A stretch of DNA of 63,488 nucleotides, counting the filler, from Octopus bimaculoides (Eukaryota): NCBI RefSeq assembly GCF_001194135.2. It is 4 parts of 2 records of this genome, joined end to end, with 100 filler letters (N's around TTAATTAATTAA, not from the genome) between each part and the next. Parts side by side here need not be neighbours in the genome. Positions count along the whole stretch, not along the records: positions 1 to 26,332 come from NC_068987.1; positions 26,433 to 42,954 come from NC_068997.1; 2 more parts are not named here. One strand, 5' to 3'. Shown in pieces: positions 25,981 through 37,351 of this stretch (position 1 is the stretch's first letter; each line of letters opens with the position of its first letter). The notes beneath the pieces are model-generated. The model made no database searches. It worked only from the letters and a program-made list of their open reading frames with translations, and was not told the origin of the DNA. The position numbers and the translations under genes are program-made.

Positions 25981-26332
25981 GTTCAGTAGTTTTATTTTTA
26001 TAACGTGCTTTCACTTCACTACCGAGCGCAGCTCTGTGCGCCTTGGGCATGTGCTGTGGTTTGCTGTGGTGCTCTTATGTTTACTGTATTGAAAGTGTTT
26101 TGGGTAGAATGTGTGCAGTACCCAGTAGTGCAATTTTCTGTATGTTATATATATTTGTAAGTCCTGGTGTTTTTGTTATGTATTTGTCTGAATACTTTTT
26201 TTATTATACCTAAGGCACCTACTATGATAGGAATTGTTTCTGTTTTTAGATTCCACATTCGAGTTATCTCTATTTCCAGGTCTTTGTATTTTGAAAGTTT
26301 TTCCATTTCTTTTAGAGAAACGTTGTCATCTG
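25981..26332 (-). mobile_element. R4/Dong-like LINE 3' end, same subfamily as 22935-23785
   Basis: RLE C-terminus and a 3' UTR near-identical to 23686-23785, followed by (TAA)n at 25958-25980. Confidence 0.92.
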
Positions 26333-26376
26333 NNNNNNNNNNNNNNNNNNNNNNNNNNNNNNNNNNNNNNNNNNNN

Positions 26377-26388
26377 TTAATTAATTAA
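26377..26388. other. Assembly linker TTAATTAATTAA inside N runs (also 42999-43010 and 55127-55138)
   Basis: Identical 12-mer with stops in all six frames, isolated between N blocks three times. Confidence 0.9.
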
Positions 26389-26500
26389 NNNNNNNNNNNN
26401 NNNNNNNNNNNNNNNNNNNNNNNNNNNNNNNNGTGTGTGTGCGTGTGTGTGAGCGTGTGTGCTTGTGTGTGTGTGTGCGTGTGTGTGTGTGTTTGTGTCC

Positions 26501-26712
26501 ACGTTTGTCTTCCCACCACCGCTTGACATCCGGTGTTGCTGTGTTTACGTCTCCGTAACTTAGCGGTTCGGCCGAAAGAAAAACGATAGAATAAGTAGCA
26601 GGTTTTTAAAAAATAAGTACTGAGGACGATTCATTCGGCTAAATTCTTCAAGGCGTTGCCCCAGCATGGCCGCAGTCTGATGACAGAAACAAGTAAAAAA
26701 AAAATGAAAAGA
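26501..26712 (+). mobile_element. SINE family A, 3' half
   Basis: Follows (TG)n and a gap; homologous to 18470-18647. Confidence 0.8.
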
Positions 26713-27064
26713 TAAAGTCGGAATTTGGAGCAAGAATATTCCGAAACTCACCAAAAGAGAAATCGTTAAAAAAATTCATTTGCAAAATCACAATCTAAAC
26801 ACTCGAAAACGTATCTTTTAAAAATGTTATTTAAAATTACGCATTTTTCAGTAAGATATGAGGAAACAAATTGGTCAGTGTGGGTGGGCACCACAGGAGA
26901 GACATACCCTTACTACATGTTCCCTGGACCTGATAGAAGGAATTGAAATATAAGATATATTGGCAGAGGAATTGGTAATGGTGAGGAACTAAAATGAGAT
27001 TTGTAATGATACGGTGAAAATGATATGATTCTAAACAGGATATCGAAACCGTGTAAAACAGGTA

Positions 27065-27207
27065 CTACTCATTTTTGCCAGCTGAGGTGATTAGAGCAGA
27101 GTGAAATAAAGTGTCTTCTTGAAGGACACAACGCGCCGCCGGCAATCGAACTCACGACCTTACGATTGTGAGCCGAATACCCTAACCTCTAAGTCACACA
27201 CATTCAC
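27065..27207 (-). mobile_element. SINE family D head/core
   Basis: Reverse-strand B box gagttcgattgcc and a core homologous to 47260-47325. Confidence 0.75.
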
Positions 27208-28529
27208 AATACTAGTAATAAACACAAATATTAACAAGACCATAACATTTTGAGCGGTGGAGAGTGGAGAGAATGATGAAATTAAATATTAATCAATTGT
27301 TCGGTGAAGTTCGAACGCACGTTATGGGACGTAACTAAAGCATAAGAATTTGTTTTTCACCGTTCCACTATTTTGGCTATTTCTGCGTGTTGTATTGGAC
27401 ACCAAACTGTCTTTGGATGGTTCTTGTAGTGTAAAGGTTTTTCTATGAGAGCACGTTGCTAAACCCTTCTCTCAACCCTTGTCTCTTTCTAAGGAAGAAG
27501 AATGGATGTGGGGTGAGTGTCGCCACTCTACCTTCAGCCATCACGATCCCCATGCCGAAAGAATTAGATGGAGGAGGAAGAGACAGAGGAGGAGGAACAG
27601 AAGGCAAGAAGAAATTGAACTATACATGCATACATACATACATACATACATACATACATACATACATACATACATACATACATGCATGCATACGTACGTA
27701 CGTACATACGGACATATATTCATTCATACGAACGCAATAATAGAAATTTCGTTTAGGCGATTTCTTTTCACTATTCCAAGCAGAAAAGCTGAAAAAAAAA
27801 TAAATAAAGAGCCAGCCAAAAGCAGCTCATNNNNNNNNNNNNNNNNNNNNNNNNNNNNNNNNNNNNNNNNNNNNNNNNNNNNNNNNNNNNNNNNNNNNNN
27901 NNNNNNNNNNNNNNNNNNNNNNNNNNNNNNNNNNNNNNNNNNNNNNNNNNNNNNNNNNNNNNNNNNNNNNNNNNNNNNNNNNNNNNNNNNNNNNNNNNNN
28001 NNNNNNNNNNNNNNNNNNNNNNNNNNNNNNNNNNNNNNNNNNNNNNNNNNNNNNNNNNNNNNNNNNNNNNNNNNNNNNNNNNNNNNNNNNNNNNNNNNNN
28101 NNNNNNNNNNNNNNNNNNNNNNNNNNNNNNNNNNNNNNNNNNNNNNNNNNNNNNNNNNNNNNNNNNNNNNNNNNNNNNNNNNNNNNNNNNNNNNNNNNNN
28201 NNNNNNNNNNNNNNNNNNNNNNNNNNNNNNNNNNNNNNNNNNNNNNNNNNNNNNNNNNNNNNNNNNNNNNNNNNNNNNNNNNNNNNNNNNNNNNNNNNNN
28301 NNNNNNNNNNNNNNNNNNNNNNNNNNNNNNNNNNNNNNNNNNNNNNNNNNNNNNNNNNNNNNNNNNNNNNNNNNNNATATATATATATATAAATTATGTG
28401 TTTGTGTGTCTTTGCGTGTATGCATGCATTCATGTGTGTATGTGCTTGTGTGTGTATGTGTGTGTGTGTGCTCACACAGTGACATGTCAGTGTAAAAGTT
28501 CAGACACGCATGAAGACACGTATATATAA

Positions 28530-28575
<46 letters not shown>

Positions 28576-29139
28576 ATGCGTTTGTATATATTTACACACG
28601 CACTCACACACATACATGGACCTATACATATATATAGAAATGCATGCATACATTTATACACATATATATACAAACATACAAATAAATATACATAAGTATA
28701 TACAAATACACACACAATATATGTATAATATTTGTGTGTGCGTGTGTGTGCGTGCGTGTGTGTGTGTGTAGGTGTGTGTGTGTGTGTATGTATGTTTGCA
28801 TATATGTGTATATGTATGTAGGAATGAATGTCTATGCGTGTTTGCATGTTTGTATGCTTGTATAAATGAACATATGCGTGAACTTCTATGCGTGAGCTTG
28901 TATGCGTGTATATATATATATATGTATGGATACATGAATGTACGTTTGTGTGTGTGTGTGCGCGCGCGCGCGTGTATGCCTGTGCGTGTGTGAACAATGG
29001 TGAGTGAGAAAGGAGAGTAAGTAGCGGGGGAGAGCAATCAGTTTCACAGTTTACTGAAGAAATTAAGACTGAATAGACATTTAGATGGGACCTGTTCGAA
29101 TGTAATGAACGAAGGATTTATGGAGAATGGCGTACTGAC

Positions 29140-29516
29140 AGCAGCAGCAGCAGCAGCAGCAGTAGCAGCAGTAGTAGTAGTAGTAGTTGCTATTGTTGTA
29201 GTACAGTAGTAGTAGCAATGGGGAGGATGGTAGTAGTATTGGGTGTTGTCGCTGTGGTGGTGGTGGTGGTGGTGGTGGTGGTGGTAGTCTTGTTACTGTT
29301 GTTGTCGTTGTTTTTGCTGTTGCTGTTGTTGCTGTTGTTGTTGTTAATGGTGGTGATGGTGGTGGTGGCAGTAGTGGTGGTAGTGGTGGTGGTGGTGATG
29401 GTGGTGGTGGCAGTAGTGGTGGTAGTGGTGGTGGTGGTGATGGTGGTGGTTGTAGAAGTATTTATAATCTCAGTGCCTGTGGTAGTGGTGATCGTCGCAG
29501 TAGTAGTAGTAGTAGC

Positions 29517-29574
<58 letters not shown>

Positions 29575-29640
29575 ACGATGGTGGTGATGGTGATGGTGGT
29601 GGTGTTATTAATAATCTCGTAGGTTGCGGTAGTGGTAGAG
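29140..29640. repeat. Compound (CAG/GTA/GTG/GTT)n trinucleotide tract
   Basis: Direct inspection; source of spurious poly-V ORFs. Confidence 0.95.
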
Positions 29641-30159
29641 GTGGTGATGCATTGACTTTAGGTCGATTCTAAATTTCTTAGTAATTAAATATGATTTTCA
29701 ATAGAACTCCTATACATTTATAAATTTAAACTTTCTAGAAGCAAATAGCCCAAAATTATAAAAATAGTGCTGTACAGTTCAGGGAAGTCGCATAATCTAC
29801 CGGTCGCTCTAGTATAGCAACGCTACCATAGATCTGAAAAGGACATCGCTTGTTTCCTGTATTATTTCAGTCCAGTTGGGTACTAGAATGAATGTATTTT
29901 ATTTGTGCTCTGATTTGGCGCTTTAATTTGATCGAGTGAACGAGTGAACGAAAGAAACATGGTTGGTAGTACGACTTGCTAGAAACGGCAACCAAATGCC
30001 CTTCCAATCACTTAAAAGAGAGAAACGTCCTCAATTTCCTGCACGAAAAAAAAGACGGGTGAATCACAACCGAAATGCTTTTGGTCATAGTTGTACCCAA
30101 TTAGAGATGACCTGGGTCGAAACAACAACAACACCAAAGTTTCCTCACCTACTGCCCCA

Positions 30160-31090
30160 TCCCCAACCACACTTACCCACTCCTTCATATTCATATCCCC
30201 CCCTCCTGGTCGCTTCTCTTCCTCCTTCATCCGCACTCCTACTCCCTCATCCTCTCCACCTCCCACTTTTTCGTTTTTCACCTTTTTTTTCGTTTCCCTC
30301 CCAATCACTCACCCCACCCCACCCCCCACCGTCTTCTCTTCTTCACTCTGTCCTGCCATTCTACCCCCTCACCTCTCCCCACTTCCTCATCTCTCTCACT
30401 CCTCCCCTTCACTCCTTCCTCTTCCTCTACTCTCCCATTCCTCACACTCATACCGCTTCTTCTACACTCCCACTCCTTCATCTTGACACCTCTTCCTCTT
30501 CCTCTACTACCCCACTCCCTCCTCACATTTCTCCCCTCTTCTACAATCCCTCACTTCCTCTACTCTCACACTCCTATCTCCTTACACTCCCTCTCCCTCT
30601 ACTCTCCCACTCCTCCCCGACACCCCTTCCTCGTCCTCTACTCTCCTACTCCCTCCACCTCCTCCTCACACTTAAACACTCTTGCTCCATCCTAATACCA
30701 CTTCCTCTTCATCTCCCACTCTTACCTTCTACACTTCGCCATCTTCATCTACACTCCCACTCCTCTCCCACGCTACTCCCTCCTCCTCCTTCTCCTCTAC
30801 TCTCCCACTCCATCCCACCACTTCCTCTTCCTTGACTCTTCTACTCCCTCCCTTCCTTCTCCTCTTCCTCCTCCTCACACTTTTACACTCCTACTCCATC
30901 CTAATACCTTTTCCTCTTCATCTCCCACTTCTACTTTCTGACACTTCGCCTTCTTCATCTACTCTCCCCATACCTCTCCCACGCTACTCCCTCCTCCTAT
31001 TCCTCCTCCTCTACTCTCCCACTCCTACCACACATCACTGCCTCCCTCTTCCTCTACCTTCACTCCCTCCCCACCTCACCCCATTACCGC
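30160..31090. repeat. Long C/T-rich, G-depleted low-complexity tract with an internal ~209-bp duplication
   Basis: Repeated ctcc/ctactccc motifs; ctccatcctaatacc at 30685 and 30894. Confidence 0.85.
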
Positions 31091-31691
31091 AACATGTCAC
31101 TTATCACAGCTTATCTATGATTGTACAAGTGTTCCAAATTTCAACACCAATAGCAACAACAACAACAACACACATAAAAAACAACATAAGCAACAATAGC
31201 AGCAACATCAACCGCATTATCAACGACAGCAACAATAAATAGCAGCAAGAACGACCACAACAACAATAGCAACATCAACAATATCTGTAATAGCCCCCCC
31301 CCCATGACGTCATAATCTACTCCAAAACAGTTTTGCACAACTATTTCATCGCATGACGCCGATGATGATGATGAGGAGGACGAGGAGGAGGAAGAGGAGG
31401 GCGATGTTGATGATGATGATGGAGACGACGACGATGACGACGACGATGATGGCGATGTTGATGATGATGGTGTAAAGAAGAAGAAGAAGAAGAAGAACAA
31501 CAACAACAACAACAACAAAAGAAAGAAAGAAAGAAAGAAAGAAGAAAAGATAGCTGCTGTGGTAGTGGTGGTGGGAGTGATGATGATGATAGAGGGATCA
31601 CCGTCGGTTTTGACAAAGAAGAGACAGTTGTTCAATCAACAGAATATTCTTTTCCGAAATTAACGTGCAACACTTGGACATGCATATATGG

Positions 31692-31905
31692 GTACAGGAT
31701 ATCACAAAATACCTTAAACAATGAGAAACGAAAACATAAAGACGAAGACAGAAAACAAACTTTTTTACGAAAACGAAAAAAACGAAGAGGGAAACGAGAA
31801 AGAATATTACCCTTCTTCAGTTGTACCTATTCCATCTACTTCGCGTTTCGAAGGCAAGGACAATATGCGACTTCGTTGGAACAGTCCTTCCCGCAAAGCA
31901 AATTA
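31692..31905 (-). repeat. Dispersed repeat, homologous to 60401-60621 (+)
   Basis: Collinear reverse-complement match over ~215 bp. Family unassigned, possibly Penelope-associated. Confidence 0.8.
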
Positions 31906-32153
31906 ATTCAATTTGGAATTTTTTGCGGAGGGTAAAAGTGTAAACAAGAACAGGACAGTGAGAACAAGACAGTAAAAGACAGTAAAAACAAGACAGAACA
32001 CTGAAAACAAACGGTAAGGGCTGTTAGGCCAAGACGATAGAAAAATTATTATTTTGAACGCGAAGTTAGATGTGAATGAGAGACAAAAAAATTCACGTCT
32101 TCTCTATAGGAAGGCAGGAAGTAGAAAGAAAGAATCCCTTTCGTCACGTGTCA

Positions 32154-32262
32154 GGCTTTGGTTGTCCTCAAGCTATAGTAGAAGTCATTTACTCAAGGTT
32201 CCACGCAGTGTGACTGAACCTGGAGCTATGTAGTTGTAAAGCAAACTTTTCTCCACACAGCC
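32154..32262 (-). mobile_element. SINE family A head
   Basis: Inverted relative to the copy at 32377. Confidence 0.75.
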
Positions 32263-32376
32263 TCGTCTATTTGCACATGTATATATAGGGTTCTTGTCAG
32301 AGGATATGGTGGTGGAGAAAATATCATAACGAGGATATAAATACATATACATACAAACATACACACATACATATAT

Positions 32377-32680
32377 CGCAGCTGTGTGGGAAGAAGCTTG
32401 ATTCTCAACCACAAGGTTCCAGGTTCAGTCCCATTGCGTGTCACCTTGCGCAAGTGTCTTCTACTATAGCTTCGGAACGACCACGTTTATGTGTTTATGT
32501 GTTTGTGTTTATCCCCCATCATCACTTGACAACCGATGGTGGTGTGTTTTGTCACTGCAACCTAGCAGATCGGCAAAAGAGACTGATAGAATAAGTACTA
32601 CACTTAGAAAAACCCTTTAAGGTGGTGCCCCTGCATGGCCGCAATCAAATGAAAGAAAACAAATAAAAATAATAAAAAAG
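32377..32680 (+). mobile_element. SINE family A with internal deletions
   Basis: Head and 3' half are recognisable. Confidence 0.8.
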
Positions 32681-33559
32681 AAGAATATATACATACCTAT
32701 GTGTGTATATGCATGTGTGTGTATATATATATATTTATATACGTATATACACTCACTCCTACCCCCTCACACATACACATATACACACATGTAATTCCTT
32801 GATGGTGTATTCGTCTATTAGATTAAATCAAATTAGATTTCATTCCATTTCATCTAATTTGATATCGTTTCATATTATTTCCATTCTTTCATTGATATCC
32901 CTATTTGTCACTATATTCTCATTACTGTTATCATTTTACGTTATATCAGATGTAAATAACTGTATTTTTTCCTTCTATTTTCACCGTTACATAGAGATGG
33001 ACAATCTCTACGAAAAAGGAAAAAAGAAAAATCTGTCGTCTGCCGTGCATGATGCAGAAAGCAAACGAGAGCGGCATTGGATGATGGCAGCCATTTTGGA
33101 GTGGGGTTTTTCGTCTTTTGTTGTGTTGGTTGTTGTGTTTTGTTTTTGTTCCTGTTAGAAATAAATATGTCGTCCCGTCGTGTGTCTTGTCTGATCGAGA
33201 CGTTTGGTTGTGATAGCGACAAGCTTGTTGGAACACAATCAAATTGGATGTTAGTGTCAGTCTTAACTTTCTTGGCCACATGTCAAACGGACCGAGAAAA
33301 GAGAGAAAGAGAGAAAGAAAGAGAGAGAGATATATAACGAGAGAGACAGACAGACAGACAGAAACAGTGACAGACAGAGATAAACAGAGACAGACAGAGA
33401 TAGAAACAGGAAGGGTTGGGTGGAGAGGTGAAAATTTAAGTGGGTTGTGTTGTGTTAAGCCTGTGTGTGAATGTATACATGTATGTGTGTGTGTATGACT
33501 CGTGGTGGTGGTGGTGGTGGTGGTGGTGGTGGTTTGGTGGGGTGGTAGGAGGATGAGAA

Positions 33560-34594
33560 GAATAGAAAGAAAAAAGAAAAACGAAAAGGAAAGAATGAAA
33601 ATAAGAGAATTAATTAAAGTACAGTAAAGCATAAAGAAAGAAGAATAAAAGGAAGGAAAAGAGAAGGAAGAAAGAGAGACAGAGAGAGAGACAGAGAGAG
33701 AGACAGACAGAGAGAGAGAGAGAGACAGAGAGAGAGAGATAGAAAAGTTGGGAGAAGAATACTGATACGGAAAAAAGAAAAGAAAGAAGGAAGGAAAGAA
33801 GATAAGAAAAGAAATGACAAGAAAGATGAAAAAATGAATAAAAGAAGACAACCAAAATAGAATGAAAGAGAAAAACGAAAGAAGGAAAGAAAGAAGTTCA
33901 TGTTTATCTTCTTCCCCACCTCTCTCTCACTCTCACTCGCGCGCACACACACACACACATACTCACACACTCTCTCTCTCTCTCTCGCGCACACACACAT
34001 TCTCTCTCCTTCTCTCTCTTTCTCTCTCTCCCTCCATACGCTATCTCTATCATATCTATGTATCGCATTGCTCCTTCTGTCTTTAAGTATCCGATTTCTC
34101 TCCTCTTCTCCCTCTCCCCTTCCCCATTTTCCTAATCTCTCTTTCTCTCTCTTTGTCTCTCAGTCTCTCTCCCTCTCTCCCTCCCTCTCTCTCTCTCTCA
34201 CTCTTTCTCTCTCATAAATCTCAGTGTAATTCTACCAACGTTTACCAAAACTATAAAAGCTATTAAAGCAGACGACAGATATTTATGTAATGGAGTGGGT
34301 GTGGCTTGAACACGTAACGGAAGTGGAAGTGGGTGTGGTTGAAATAAAAATAATAGTGCGACAGAGAATGTATGGAACTGGAAGAAAAGCATAAGTAAAT
34401 AAATAGTTGAATGGTCAATGGGACGTATAGTGATGTGTCTCAGAAGAGAGAGTCAGAGAGAGAGGGGGAGAGAGAGAGAGGGAAAGAGTGTGAGAGAGAG
34501 AGAGAAGAGAGAGAAGAGAGAGAGAGGGGAGAGAGAGAGGGAGAGAGTGAGAGAGAGAGAGAGAGAGAGCGACAGACAGAACAGACAGACAGTG

Positions 34595-34630
<36 letters not shown>
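33560..34630. repeat. Alternating GA-rich, CT-rich and GA-rich blocks, then (GTA)n
   Basis: Direct inspection. Confidence 0.9.
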
Positions 34631-34649
<19 letters not shown>

Positions 34650-34770
34650 TATGGTGTAGGTGTGTGGTTCATGATTCAAGGGGAGATGTTAGCCAATAAA
34701 AAGAAAACTCTACGTGGCTGATATCACGTATTACACTAAAAATACATTGAATGCGTAAGAATACGGGATA

Positions 34771-34935
34771 GTGGTGTGTTTATGTCCCCGTAACTTAGCG
34801 GTTCGGCAAAAGAGACCGATAGAATAAATACTAGGCTTACAAAGAATAAGTCCTGGGGTTGATTTGATTCGACTAAAGGCGGTGCTCCAGCATGGCCACA
34901 GTCAAATGACTGAAACAAGTAAAAGAGTAAAAGAG
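34771..34935 (+). mobile_element. SINE family A, 3' half, close to consensus
   Basis: gtaacttagcggttcggcaaaagagaccgatag..gaaacaagtaaaagagtaaaagag. Confidence 0.88.
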
Positions 34936-35084
34936 TAAGGCTTAAAATCTTCATAAGAGGGTTGGTTTGTGAAATGCCATGTTTTCTTTCAGCGGAAAGT
35001 AAAAGAAGTGAAACAAGTAAAAGAAGAAAAAATATGTGTAGGAGAAGCATGATGATCATATTTCAAAAGCTTTTGATTATTTAA

Positions 35085-35291
35085 CCCCACTTAAATATAG
35101 ATGTTCTGTTAGAACAAACTATACTGCACTAGATGCCATGAGAGACATTCTCATACTGGCTTTGTGCGCAATATACACTGTAGCGATATAAACATGAGTG
35201 CATTTTGCACCAAGAGCCAATATGAGAGTGTCACTCATGACATCTACCGCAGTATAGTTTGTTCTAACAGAACATCCACATTTAAGTGAGG
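35085..35291. mobile_element. piggyBac-like foldback MITE (207 bp)
   Basis: TTAA/ATAA flanks, CCCCAC/CCTCAC termini, and ~80-bp inverted arms that pair almost to the centre. Confidence 0.75.
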
Positions 35292-35548
35292 ATAAATATC
35301 GCCTTCAGAGTCTGGCACACGGTCATCAAGTCCGGTGCGCAGAGAGTAAGACAATTACATAGACACCAGTGCCCGACTGGTACTTATTTTATCGTCTCCG
35401 AAAGGATGAAAAGGAAAACTCAACCTCTGGTTATTAATACAAATAATTATACCCTCTTAAACGGTACGCAAGGGAACAATTTGAGGCAATTTCTTCTAAC
35501 ATATTCATCAAAACGACGTGTGTGTGAGTAATTGAAAAAAAAAAATCG

Positions 35549-35642
35549 TGCCCCAGGTGAGGATCGAACTCACGACCTTCAGATTCCTCTAACATTTTGC
35601 TTGATTATGAGACTGACGCGCTGCCTACTGCGCTACCGAGGC
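35549..35642 (-). tRNA. tRNA-Met-CAT: tRNA-Met(CAT), elongator, with a 21-nt intron (35585-35605)
   Basis: Minus strand GCCTCGGTAGCGCAGTAGGCAGCGCGTCAGTCTCATA-[ATCAAGCAAAATGTTAGAGGA]-ATCTGAAGGTCGTGAGTTCGATCCTCACCTGGGGCA. Removing the intron gives a 73-nt cloverleaf. Anticodon CAT at 35607-35609. G1-C72, TTCGATC T-loop and U31-U39 indicate elongator rather than initiator. An 11-T Pol III terminator lies 3 nt downstream (35535-35545). Confidence 0.96.
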
Positions 35643-35688
35643 TACCGAGCAGGCCGTTCTACTTTTGTGATAATACTTTAGCTATCGA

Positions 35689-35906
35689 AAGCAGCGAGGT
35701 GGCGGAAACGTTAGCACGCCGGGCGAAATGTTTAGCAGTATTATCGTCTGTATTACGTCCTGAGTTCAAATTCCGCCGAGGGCGTCTTTGCCTTTCATCC
35801 TTTCGGCGTAGATAAATTAAGTACCAGCTGCGTACTGAAGTTGATCTAATCGACTGGTCCCCTCCCCCCAAAATTTCGGGCCTTGTGCTTAGAGTAAAAA
35901 AGAATA
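35689..35906 (+). mobile_element. SINE family B, least degenerate copy
   Basis: B-box-like gagttcaaattcc with full core and tail. Starts 46 bp upstream of tRNA-Met, divergent. Confidence 0.85.
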
Positions 35907-35979
35907 GTTTAGCTACGGGTTGGTATTTGTGGATCTGAGTATGTGTGCACGCGTGTGTCGCTGGCTGACGTCTCGTTTC

Positions 35980-36030
<51 letters not shown>

Positions 36031-36131
36031 TGACCTACCCATGTACCTAAATTGAATTGACATAGTAGTAGTAGTAGTAGTNNNNNNNNNNGTGTGCGTT
36101 GACCTACCCATGTACCTAAATTGAATTGACA

Positions 36132-36191
<60 letters not shown>

Positions 36192-37351
36192 TAGTACAAA
36201 TTACTCGACAGTTTGAGAAGTAAAGTCACCATCGTCCTCGTTGCCGTTACTGCTGACGGCTCAACGGAGGATGACGGAGAAGGACGGAACTGGCGATTAA
36301 CAACGAAACACACCAAAAGAAAATGTCTGAACTTCATTGAACTTTCGGCTGATGCAATAACATTCAGTCACTAAAAGGTTATACCAACCTGTACTTCAGC
36401 TACCACCCTAACCACCACGACTACTACTACTACTACTACGACGACGACGACGACGACGACGACGGCGACTACAACCATTACCACTGCCATCCCTGCTACT
36501 ACTACTAGTACTACAAGCATCACCACCAACACCATCCCTAATACTACAATCACCTCTCGAACCTATCACAACCACTTGGTTAATCGATTAGTCTGTCAAA
36601 GCCCTTCTGTCACAGGCTGTGACCTTTTCAATGACCTACCAATGTGCTTTTTAAGTAACCCTTTCTCCTCAATACGTATTACATTTTCACTGTTCCACTC
36701 ATTTATTTGTAATAAACCCGAAGTGAAACACAACCAGTGTGCGTGTTTTTATTGGCGGCATGATTCTCCCAAAAGACATGAAAATCAACCTCAACGCTTG
36801 ATTTCACGTCAAGAAACTTGCAAAACAAACACAAAACACAGAGAATTAATGTTGTTTTCATGAGAGTCATGTCTGACTCATAACCAGAAATGACTCTTAC
36901 GAAAGTAGCAATAATTCTTAAGGTCCCTCAATTTCTCTCAACCGATCAATAGGCCGATTGAGTAAACCTATCAACAATGAACTTATCATGACTACTGGAA
37001 ACAACTGTTGATCAAATTTACTACAATAAAGAAATATTCAATGACCATTAATTATAATTAATGGTCATTACATATTTATGTAATTATGCTTTGTCTTGTA
37101 TATCACTCTATAAGACGCAACTCAACCATTTAGATCGTTCGATGTGATCCATTAAAACCCGTGAAGAGGGGCCTCCAAAATAGTCGCTGTCCAATACATA
37201 GAATCCGAAAAAGAACAAAGGGAAAAAAGGGTTTAATTCATTCGTTTTCACTTTTCATACAGATAAGAATTTTTGAAAAAATTGCAAACAAGTTACATGA
37301 AAATAATTTTCAGAAAAACTTCAAAGAAAGAAGATTTTAAAAAAAGTCAAT

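Noticed and set aside
26676-26695. CTGATGA-CA-GAAAC in a SINE tail
   Set aside because: No stem II; a chance variant of the family consensus caaatgactgaaac.
29963-31242. 290-aa and 186-aa Pro/Leu/Ser-rich ORFs
   Set aside because: Open only because the G-poor low-complexity tract lacks stop codons; no domain or splice support.
31800-31860. Hammerhead boxes in permuted order on the minus strand (CCTTC-GAAAC...CTGAAGA-AGG), also at 60441-60495 (+)
   Set aside because: Stem I cannot be formed and the second copy has lost an A from GAAA; not callable without a family consensus.
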